Shown: in pieces, positions 1-10,349 of the stretch
How positions within the stretch are numbered: the first letter of the stretch is position 1
Layout of the letters: each line of letters opens with the position of its first letter
Assembly: GCA_043814055.1 (NCBI GenBank)
Contig: JBDRKL010000012.1
Span: forward strand, 8,596 to 72,595
Direction of reading: 5' to 3'
Origin: an archaeon
GTDB lineage: Archaea; Undinarchaeota; Undinarchaeia; Undinarchaeales; JBDRKL01
DNA: 64,000 bases
Notes under the pieces: generated by a model
What the model saw: the letters and a program-made list of their open reading frames with translations, nothing else
Told to the model about the DNA's origin: nothing
The model's database searches: none
Made by a program: the position numbers and the translations under genes

Positions 1-281
1 TACCTTGTTTGGCCGTTAACTTCAATCTCAGCGCAGCCACCGTTGCATGGGTATGGGTCCAGCGTAAGAGTGACGTCACCGCAAAGACCGCCGGAACATA
101 ATACTTCAGCGCTGTAACCGAATGCCTGCTGTTGTATGACAGTTGCCGACGTTGAAAGCGGTGTTACAGTCACAACACCGGTAGCGGGAACAGAGCTTTC
201 AATTTGCGCAGATACAGAACCAGCGCAAAGCGTTAAAACTAATACCAAAACCATTATTGAACTCAATACTAAATTCTTCAT
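1..281 (-). CDS. exported protein, N-terminal fragment (gene continues past window start)
   Basis: Own minus-strand translation. ATG at 281-279 is preceded by GGGGAGGT (rc of 284-293). MKNLVLSSIMVLVLVLTLCAGSVSAQIESS... looks like a signal peptide. The frame stays open to position 1. It is absent from the ORF track because the window edge truncates it. Confidence 0.55.
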   Translation of the reverse strand, partial: MKNLVLSSIMVLVLVLTLCAGSVSAQIESSVPATGVVTVTPLSTSATVIQQQAFGYSAEVLCSGGLCGDVTLTLDPYPCNGGCAEIEVNGQTR

Positions 282-479
282 TTGTACCTCCCCAGGTAAA
301 CAATCTCTCAGAGAGAAACTGTGTAGTTAGAGAAGTATGAGTGTGTTTATAAAGATTGTTATTCTCCGGCTGATCCAAACCCACGTAGTGGGTTGGACAA
401 CTCACAAACCCGCCAAAGCGGGTTGCGCAACGCACATCAGTGCGTTTGCGCTGTCGCGAGTTTGTCCCGGAGGAAGAGC

Positions 480-583
480 GTCCCGCATGACGTTGGTTAT
501 GCTGCACAATGAAACGCCAGAGATTTTTAACAGTTTATATTGCTGGCGATTCATTGTGGCGGGACTGCTGAGTAAGTTGAGTG
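480..583 (-). repeat. R-family two-hairpin element (copy R5) in the 23S trailer, carrying a nested 54-nt hairpin (505-558)
   Basis: Minus strand reads CAACTTACTCAGCAGTCCCGC[CACAATGAATCGCCAG...CTGGCGTTTCATTGTG]CAGCATAACCAACGTCATGCGGGAC. It has the same GTCCCGC/GCGGGAC stem and AGCAUAAC-type loop as the copies at 26271-26301 and 26499-26529. Confidence 0.5.
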
Positions 584-660
584 CCATTGGTTAAAGCTCA
601 CGCTCAACTTTGGATCAATTCTAAAAAAATTTTAGAGTGGTCCCGCATAGAGTATGTATT

Positions 661-3610
<2,950 letters not shown>

Positions 3611-3828
3611 AAGTCTACGTCTATGCGGGACCAATGTTACATATTCCCGTGCAGACTAAAGCACGGAATGTAAGGCCGGTCATCGGGCATTGGGCTGTCG
3701 GGAGCCGTACCCTCGAGAACCTCTTCACTCCCACCCCAATAGATCTGGGAGTTGTGTCATCAATGAATTGATGATTGTGATTTCGAAGCGTGAGCTTCGA
3801 AAGACACCCAATTATTTGGGTGTGATGT

Positions 3829-4152
3829 TTAGTCAATTACCCGGCGAGCCACATCTTTTATTTTCTTCGCAGTGTCGTCGTGAAGGTCTTTTGCTGCTTT
3901 CGCTGCTTCGACCATTTTAGTAAGGAGCTTGTCTGCATCTGGCGCCTGCATTAGAGTATGAGATGCCAATGCATCGCTCTCTAGAGAGACTGCAGCTGTA
4001 AGTGCAAGATCTGTTCGGTTCAATGCCAAAATAAGGGACTCAAAATGTTCCCCTGCATCTCTGACATCCTTTTCAGATTCTGTAAGATCTTTTTCTACTT
4101 TGATTAGTGCATCTCTAAATGATTCAATTACTCTTTCTATATCTTCAGACAT
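3829..4152 (-). CDS. hypothetical 107-aa helical acidic protein encoded inside the tRNA-Ala/23S spacer
   Basis: Intact ORF on the same strand as the rRNAs. GAGGTGA lies 7 nt upstream of the ATG (rc of 4160-4166) and a CTTTAAAG box lies ~45 nt upstream. No motif recognised. Confidence 0.6.
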   Translation of the reverse strand: MSEDIERVIESFRDALIKVEKDLTESEKDVRDAGEHFESLILALNRTDLALTAAVSLESDALASHTLMQAPDADKLLTKMVEAAKAAKDLHDDTAKKIKDVARRVID

Positions 4153-4249
4153 TTTTATTTCACCTCGTTGATAGAGTTTCCTCTACTTAATTCTTTAAAG
4201 AACACGCCTTGTATCAGAGGGCGTTACTGCATTATGCAGCTTATTTGAC

Positions 4250-4331
4250 TATGATATGTGCCGAGCAAAGCGAGGCACACAAATTTCGCGTTAGCGAAAT
4301 TTCTTTTGGTCAAACTTTTCGTGAAAAGTTT
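4250..4331 (-). repeat. hairpin + TTGACCAAAAGAAA module (copy M1) directly after tRNA-Ala
   Basis: Minus strand: AAACTTTTCacgAAAAGTTT hairpin (4312-4331), TTGACCAAAAGAAA (rc of 4300-4313), then hairpins ATTTCGCtaacGCGAAAT and TGTGCC..GGCACA. Confidence 0.5.
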
Positions 4332-4334
4332 GAA

Positions 4335-4408
4335 TGGACCCAACGTGATTTGAACACGTGGCCTTCTGCTTGCAAAGCAGACGATCTACCGGACTGATCT
4401 ATGGGCCC
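4335..4408 (-). tRNA. tRNA-Ala (anticodon UGC), no intron, no encoded CCA
   Basis: Hand-folded cloverleaf GGGCCCA-TA-GATC..GATC-G-TCTGC-TTTGCAA-GCAGA-AGGCC-ACGTG-TTCAAAT-CACGT-TGGGTCC-A. The G3:U70 alanine identity pair is present. It sits at the canonical position between 16S and 23S. Confidence 0.92.
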
Positions 4409-4513
4409 AGTTTATGAACCCAGCCTCGGGCTCCAATATGATTATTATTGAGTGACCTGGTGAGAAAAAGACTCCCCCTGTTTAGCCCACAGACTTAGCT
4501 GTGGTGCTTTCTT

Positions 4514-5978
<1,465 letters not shown>

Positions 5979-6268
5979 AATGGGAGAGTTCTTTCTCACC
6001 AGGCCAATTTTTCAGATTCATTCCCCTTAAGGAGAAAGTCCTCACATTTTTTCCCGCGGCCTTGATACAACACGCATACGCCAAGGCATATGCATGTGTG
6101 TCATTCGCCGAAGGCGAACGACAGGTACCCCTCACAGCTTGAAAGAATGAGTGTCGCCACTCCCCGATTTCAGTAGCTAAGGGCCTTCGAAATACGAGAG
6201 GGCCGCGAGTTCTCGTGTAAACGAGAAATTAAAAGCTCTGTTAATATAGAAGGTGGGGTATATAAAGT

Positions 6269-6865
6269 TTACTTCAAAACCGTTCCTGTCTCGCAAAACC
6301 ACAAATACATGTCTAGTTCTGCAAGGTTCATGCCCAGAGTGTCAGCCAATTGCTTCAACTGGGCTTCAATCTCTAAATATCGTGTTCTGCTTAGCGATTT
6401 CGGCTTTTCAATTATGCCATGCACAGCGAGCAAATCAAGTATATGAAAGTCAATTATTGCATAATTCTCATACCCAATATTTCGTAAAAAATGGCTCGCC
6501 TCTTTCATGCCGAGGCCCTTCACATTTTGTACAAGCCAGTCGCGTTCTAAAACCAAATTGTCTTTGAGTTTTCTGGCGTTTACAATATAATTTGCTCTTG
6601 TATTTGGGAATCTATGACCGAGCTCCTTGAGCTTTTTCGCTAGTTGTTTCTCGCTGAGTTTTAGAAAGCCATCTCCAATTTCTTTTTGAATCCTAATCCC
6701 ACCCTCGGCTGTGTAATTCGCGGTGAGGATGCAGAAGCACAATTCTTTGAAAATTTCGTTGCTTGATTTTTTCCCAAGCGATTTGAACTCCTGTAGTCTT
6801 TCAGATATTTGCGAGCTTATATCGTTCGCTTTTAAATTTTCAACCCTGCAAATCAGCTCTTCCAT
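6269..6865 (-). CDS. ogg: N-glycosylase/DNA lyase, Ogg2-type 8-oxoguanine DNA glycosylase (HhH-GPD)
   Basis: 198 aa with a helix-hairpin-helix region, VKGLGMKEASHFLRNIGY, then IIDFHIL. Last gene of the oxidative-stress operon, overlapping dfx by 13 nt. Confidence 0.75.
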   Translation of the reverse strand: MEELICRVENLKANDISSQISERLQEFKSLGKKSSNEIFKELCFCILTANYTAEGGIRIQKEIGDGFLKLSEKQLAKKLKELGHRFPNTRANYIVNARKLKDNLVLERDWLVQNVKGLGMKEASHFLRNIGYENYAIIDFHILDLLAVHGIIEKPKSLSRTRYLEIEAQLKQLADTLGMNLAELDMYLWFCETGTVLK

Positions 6866-7227
6866 AACCCGTGCACGTTGCAGTATGCCTTGACAGTGTA
6901 GTTGTCGCCAATCTTGCAGAACTCCGCCTCAGGCGTATCCCCTGGCTTTAGGTGCTTTATTGTCATCTTGCCGTCTGCAATAATTTCAACCCACTCAATG
7001 TAGTGCTTTTCCTCCATCGGGTGCGGCACTTCGCCGACCTTTACGCGGATTTTTCCACCAACTTCTTCAACCACAGGCACGTGTTTCTCCTTGCCCTCGT
7101 CCTCGGTCTTCGCTACCTGGAGTTCCATGGGCTGGCCGCAGCAGATCAACTGGCCCACTCCGTCGTGCACTACAGCCACAATGTTGCCGCAGATATTGCA
7201 TTTGTAGAGTTCACCTTGGTTTGTCAT
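6853..7227 (-). CDS. dfx: desulfoferrodoxin (2Fe superoxide reductase)
   Basis: 124 aa. The N-terminal desulforedoxin Cys pattern is CNICGN...CCG. The C-terminal neelaredoxin-type domain has KHVPV...H...CNVHGLW. Confidence 0.85.
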   Translation of the reverse strand: MTNQGELYKCNICGNIVAVVHDGVGQLICCGQPMELQVAKTEDEGKEKHVPVVEEVGGKIRVKVGEVPHPMEEKHYIEWVEIIADGKMTIKHLKPGDTPEAEFCKIGDNYTVKAYCNVHGLWKS

Positions 7228-7742
7228 TTTAATCTCACCTCTGACAGTTCAAGATGGTCTTTTTCAACTTCTATGAAAGCTGTGAATATTTCCTTCACGC
7301 GCTCGTTGTCTGCTTCCGCAGCCGCTGCCTTGTAGAACTCTATCGCGCGAGTTTCTCTAGCGTGAGAATTCTCAAGGTTTTCTTTGTTCTCTACTGCGCA
7401 CTCGTCGTCCGCTTTCGGCACAGCATCAAGCTTGAGAATTTTTTTCCATACACTAGCATGCTCTGCCTCAACCTTGCCAAGAGCTTTGAAGAGTTTTTTC
7501 CCTTCCTCGTCATTAGTATCCTCGGCTGCGCAGAAATAAAATGCTGCATTACTGACTTCAACCTGCAGTGCCTTCTCAACATTTGCCTGGTCTTTCTCAG
7601 TCAGCTCAACGTCAAAGTTGACCTTCGCGTCCTGGATTTCCAGTATGTATTTCTTGTGCGCCCCGCAAAAAGGGCAGTTGTCCGGCGCAGACTCTCCGAT
7701 ATAGGGGTCTCCGCAAATTTCACATCTCCAAAGTTTTACCAT
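7224..7742 (-). CDS. rbr: reverse rubrerythrin (N-terminal rubredoxin-like CxxC..CxxC plus ferritin-like diiron domain)
   Basis: 172 aa with CEICGD...CPFCGA at the N-terminus and ExxH-type motifs (EAEHASVW, EVEKDHLE). AAGGAGGT SD precedes the ATG. Confidence 0.8.
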   Translation of the reverse strand: MVKLWRCEICGDPYIGESAPDNCPFCGAHKKYILEIQDAKVNFDVELTEKDQANVEKALQVEVSNAAFYFCAAEDTNDEEGKKLFKALGKVEAEHASVWKKILKLDAVPKADDECAVENKENLENSHARETRAIEFYKAAAAEADNERVKEIFTAFIEVEKDHLELSEVRLK

Positions 7743-7754
7743 TTTATTACCTCC

Positions 7755-7826
7755 TTACTTCTTTTTCTTAGTAACCTTCTTTTTCTTTTTGGTTGTGCAA
7801 CCACATCCGCATCCGCATTCTGGCAT
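7755..7826 (-). CDS. candidate 23-aa micro-ORF MPECGCGCGCTTKKKKKVTKKKK
   Basis: It fills the 89-nt gap between the Fur/PerR stop (7832) and the rbr start (7742). GGTGA lies 6-7 nt upstream of its ATG, and its stop overlaps the rbr SD (TAAGGAGGT). It is only visible as the tail of track ORF 7755..7976. Confidence 0.35.
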   Translation of the reverse strand: MPECGCGCGCTTKKKKKVTKKKK

Positions 7827-7831
7827 TTTAG

Positions 7832-8212
7832 TCACCGCCCTCCGCACTTTTTGCAAGTGCCGTGGAACATGATGCAGACGCAGTTCGCCGCGAAGTCTTG
7901 CTGGCTGAATTTTTTTAGCGCCTGCCTTGAAATTTCCTCTTGGAATGAATTGCATATTTTGTTGCATTTCCCGCACACACAGTGCTGGTGCGCGCAGGTG
8001 TTCCCATCGTAATGGTACTCGCTGTTTATCTCAAGCCGGAGTATTTCGCCGTGCTCAGCCATCTTGTTAAGGTTTCTGTAAACCGTGGCGAGCGTGATTG
8101 TGGGAATTTCCTTTTTCACTGCGGCGTGGACCATCTCTGCAGTTGGGTGTGTCTTGACGCTCTTGAGGTATTCAAGGATTTTGAGCTTCTGCGGGGTGTT
8201 TCTGCAGTTCAT
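7832..8212 (-). CDS. Fur-family (PerR-like) metal-dependent transcriptional regulator
   Basis: 126 aa with an N-terminal wHTH (ATVYRNLNKMAEHGEI), an HxH/CxxC metal site (HQHCVCGKC) and a C-terminal CKKCG. First gene of the peroxide/superoxide operon. Confidence 0.8.
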   Translation of the reverse strand: MNCRNTPQKLKILEYLKSVKTHPTAEMVHAAVKKEIPTITLATVYRNLNKMAEHGEILRLEINSEYHYDGNTCAHQHCVCGKCNKICNSFQEEISRQALKKFSQQDFAANCVCIMFHGTCKKCGGR

Positions 8213-8216
8213 ATTA

Positions 8217-8233
8217 TTAATAATGATTATTAA
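8217..8233. promoter_or_regulatory. perfect 8-1-8 palindrome TTAATAATgATTATTAA, Fur/PerR-box-like operator
   Basis: It lies 5-21 nt upstream of the Fur/PerR ATG and downstream of a TTTTATATA box (rc of 8251-8259). It resembles the 7-1-7 Fur/PerR box architecture (TnATAATnATTATnA). Confidence 0.55.
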
Positions 8234-8250
8234 ATGATAAAGAATACTAG

Positions 8251-8259
8251 TATATAAAA
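8251..8259 (-). promoter_or_regulatory. TATA box (TTTTATATA) of the oxidative-stress operon
   Basis: AT-rich octamer ~40-47 nt upstream of the ATG at 8212 on the minus strand. Confidence 0.4.
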
Positions 8260-8333
8260 GTTGTGGAGAAGTGGTGAAGACGCAACATTCTCTTGGTTTA
8301 ATTTGAACTAAAGTTAATAATAGGAGAGAATGA

Positions 8334-8460
8334 TGCGGGAGACAGGACTTGAACCTGCGAAGGCACTAAGCCATTGGATGTCTTAATCATCGAGCACTGA
8401 GCTCTCAGCACTCAAGATTTCTCTTGAGTCCAACCCATTTGGCCGCTTTGGTACTCCCGC
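8334..8460 (-). tRNA. tRNA-Leu (anticodon CAA) with 43-nt intron at 37/38 (intron about 8380-8422)
   Basis: Hand fold: GCGGGAG-TA-CCA..TGG-G-TTGGA-CTCAAG|intron|A-TCCAA, a long variable arm TGGCTTAGTGCCTTC, then GCAGG-TTCAAGT-CCTGT-CTCCCGC-A. The intron start AGAAATCTTGAG pairs back onto the anticodon region. Confidence 0.85.
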
Positions 8461-8720
8461 TTAGAGTGATTAATGTAATAACCCCTTAAAATTGCTTTTC
8501 ATATGGATTAGAGACCCATACCACCCCTTCACAAACCACTTCATACCCCAAAATAATGATAATGTAATTCGTTGTGGTAGTTATAGGGGCCATCACAAGG
8601 AAAACCTGGTAGTGGCCGGAGGTTCGCCTCCGGTTGCACTCTTTCTTTTAAATTGCTGTCGCAAGCAGTGATTTAAAAGCGCACACGTTCCGCGAAGCGG
8701 AATGTGTCGTGTTTCAAGAA

Positions 8721-8999
8721 TTAGAATCCGAATGCATCTATGAACTTTTTCAACTTGTTGTATTCGGCCATAAACTCGTCGCCAGCCTCGGTTATTGCAT
8801 AGTTCTTGCCTTCTTTGGTTTCAGTTTCTGTTATGAGTGTTTTTTCCAGCAATTCATTCACATACTCCATCATTTTCTTGTGCGAGAGATTTGACTTGTA
8901 CATCAAGTGAGTTGGTTTTATTGAGCCGCCTTTTGCGCGGATAGAGCCCAGCATGTCATAAATGATTTCCATCTTGGTTCGTCTTGTTGAGGGGCTCAT
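8721..8999 (-). CDS. small winged-helix DNA-binding protein
   Basis: 92 aa with the pattern EIIYDML....KPTHLMYKSNLSHKKMMEYVNELLEKTLI...YAITEAGDEF, typical of archaeal wHTH proteins. It overlaps the upstream membrane-protein gene by 4 nt. Confidence 0.55.
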   Translation of the reverse strand: MSPSTRRTKMEIIYDMLGSIRAKGGSIKPTHLMYKSNLSHKKMMEYVNELLEKTLITETETKEGKNYAITEAGDEFMAEYNKLKKFIDAFGF

Positions 9000-9673
9000 C
9001 TTTTGAATACTGATATTATGTTAAACAATAGTATGCCGTAACCAATTAGCTGTGCGACCATTCCGAGCGCGTAGAGCGTTGGCTCAAGTATCATGAACAC
9101 GAACGCGGCCTGGCTCACCAAAATGAAGAAAAACGCCAGCATAATCTGGAGAGCCGGACCGGACTTCTTCTTTGCATAGTTGTACTGGAAGAACGAGAAT
9201 ATGAAAAGCAGGAACGCCGCAGCGACCATATGGAAAACGCTGTAATATGTGAAGCTGAGCTCGGTTGAAATTACAGCGAACATCATCAGCAAAGCGAGCA
9301 CTCTCTTGTCCTTTGTCTTGAGTGTAAGCCAGAAGAGCAGGGCGAGCGAGAACAGGAAGCCTGCGCGGTAGAAGAACACGCCGAGCAAGTAGACGTTCAC
9401 AACGCTGGCCGAGGTCACTGCGGTTACCACAGACTCCATTGGAGCTCTGACTGAGCTGTAATACCTGGCGAAGTTCGCGAAAATCTTGATTAGGAACGAG
9501 AACGCAATCATCGCAAAGGAGTAGAACATTATGCTGTAGCTCTTGGCGCCGATAACTTTCCACGCGCGGTAGCTGAAGTAGAATATGCCCACTGCGACAA
9601 GCAGTGAAATTATGTCAAATATTATGTCATAGCCCGAGAACCAGACCGGGGTAAAGGTTAATGGAACGCCCAT
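8996..9673 (-). CDS. polytopic membrane protein (about 7 TM), unknown function
   Basis: The track ORF 8996..9859 was trimmed to the Met at 9673 (MGVPLTFTPVWF...) because the longer N-terminus runs through tRNA-Glu (9724-9798). Confidence 0.6.
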   Translation of the reverse strand: MGVPLTFTPVWFSGYDIIFDIISLLVAVGIFYFSYRAWKVIGAKSYSIMFYSFAMIAFSFLIKIFANFARYYSSVRAPMESVVTAVTSASVVNVYLLGVFFYRAGFLFSLALLFWLTLKTKDKRVLALLMMFAVISTELSFTYYSVFHMVAAAFLLFIFSFFQYNYAKKKSGPALQIMLAFFFILVSQAAFVFMILEPTLYALGMVAQLIGYGILLFNIISVFKR

Positions 9674-9723
9674 GGAGTAGGATAAAGGACAGAAGTATTT
9701 AAGGGTTTTTAAGTGAGAAGAAA

Positions 9724-9798
9724 TGCCCCAGCCGGGATTCGAACCCGAGTCTCCGCCTTGAAAGGGCGGAATGATTGGCCGGACTACACCACCGGGGC
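9724..9798 (-). tRNA. tRNA-Glu (anticodon UUC)
   Basis: GCCCCGG-TG-GTGTAGTCCGGCCAATCAT-TCCGCC-CTTTCAA-GGCGGA-GAC-TCGGG-TTCGAAT-CCCGG-CTGGGGC-A. No intron and no encoded CCA. Confidence 0.9.
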
Positions 9799-9990
9799 AG
9801 GTTTTTACCAATGTGCACCGAGATACAAAGCTTTTTTCGTCAACGTTTTTGCGAAGCAAAAAGGTTGGACTTCACACCACCGGGGCAACTTTATGTGCGC
9901 CAGGCAATGTACTTTTCTTTTGGTCAAGCTTTTCTTCGTAAAGAAAAGATTGCCGTTGAGTACACCACCGGGGCAACTTTAAGCTATAGG
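9799..9990 (-). repeat. two tandem 88-bp units, each starting with a copy of the tRNA-Glu 5' end (GCCCCGGTGGTGT)
   Basis: The exact 13-mer occurs at 9786-9798 (real tRNA), 9874-9886 and 9962-9974, a spacing of exactly 88 and 88 nt. Each unit has the tRNA 5' fragment, an A/T hairpin, TTGAC(C/G)AAAA, and a ~41-45 nt spacer. Confidence 0.8.
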
Positions 9991-10022
9991 GAGTATGCAT
10001 TAACGAATTTAAAGGTTGCTAT

Positions 10023-10098
10023 TTAGTTCAACTTGCTTGGTAGTTCCGTAGCATCACAAATGTAATGCGGAACCGCGTGTCAACTTCGCGAGAAGTTG
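10023..10098 (+). repeat. R-family two-hairpin element (copy R3)
   Basis: TAGTTCAACTTGCTTGGTAGTTCCGTAGCATCACAAATGTAATGCGGAACCGCGTGTCAACTTcgcgagAAGTTG. It is homologous to 26251-26327, with compensatory stem changes. Confidence 0.6.
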
Positions 10099-10101
10099 TA
10101 A

Positions 10102-10213
10102 TGGGCCCGTCGTGATTCGAACACGAGACCTCACGCTTTCGCAAGCGTGCCCGCATTTTGTGCGGAACACAGCCATATAAGGCGTGCGCTCCACCAGGCT
10201 GAGCTACGGGCCC
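10102..10213 (-). tRNA. tRNA-Ile (anticodon UAU) with 38-nt intron at 37/38 (intron about 10138-10175)
   Basis: GGGCCCG-TA-GCTC-AGCCTGGTG-GAGC-G-CACGC-CTTATA|intron|A-GCGTG-AGGTC-TCGTG-TTCGAAT-CACGA-CGGGCCC-A. The GGGCCCGTAGCTCAG start is typical of archaeal tRNA-Ile. The anticodon TAT reads from 10179-10177. Confidence 0.8.
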
Positions 10214-10349
10214 AAACTTTTATTTAGCCTATGGTTTTGGTTTCCGATGAACTGACCCGATAAGGCCGCAGCATCACCAAAGTGATGCGGCCTAACGCCC
10301 CTCCGCCGCTGTGCGGAGAGCTCCACGGGCCCAAACTTTTATTTAGCCT
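10206..10349 (-). repeat. 25-nt perfect direct repeat (10206-10230 and 10325-10349) bracketing a 94-nt R-family insertion (copy R4, 10231-10324)
   Basis: ACGGGCCCAAACTTTTATTTAGCCT occurs twice. It comprises the last codons and stop of ileS, 6 nt, and the first 8 nt of tRNA-Ile. The intervening sequence holds the hairpins GGCCGCAGCATCACcaaaGTGATGCGGCC and CTCCGCcgctgtGCGGAG. Confidence 0.85.

Noticed and set aside
361-650. A possible 5S rRNA downstream of 23S.
   Set aside because: No 5S consensus is present (no loop A/helix II-III sequences and no GAAC..GAAGUUAAGC-type motif). The fold has a branched arm incompatible with the 5S architecture.
9724-9990. A possible CRISPR array, suggested by regularly spaced repeats with an 88-bp period.
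   Set aside because: There are only three copies and the repeat is the tRNA-Glu 5' end. The 'spacers' are homologous to each other, and no cas genes or leader are present.
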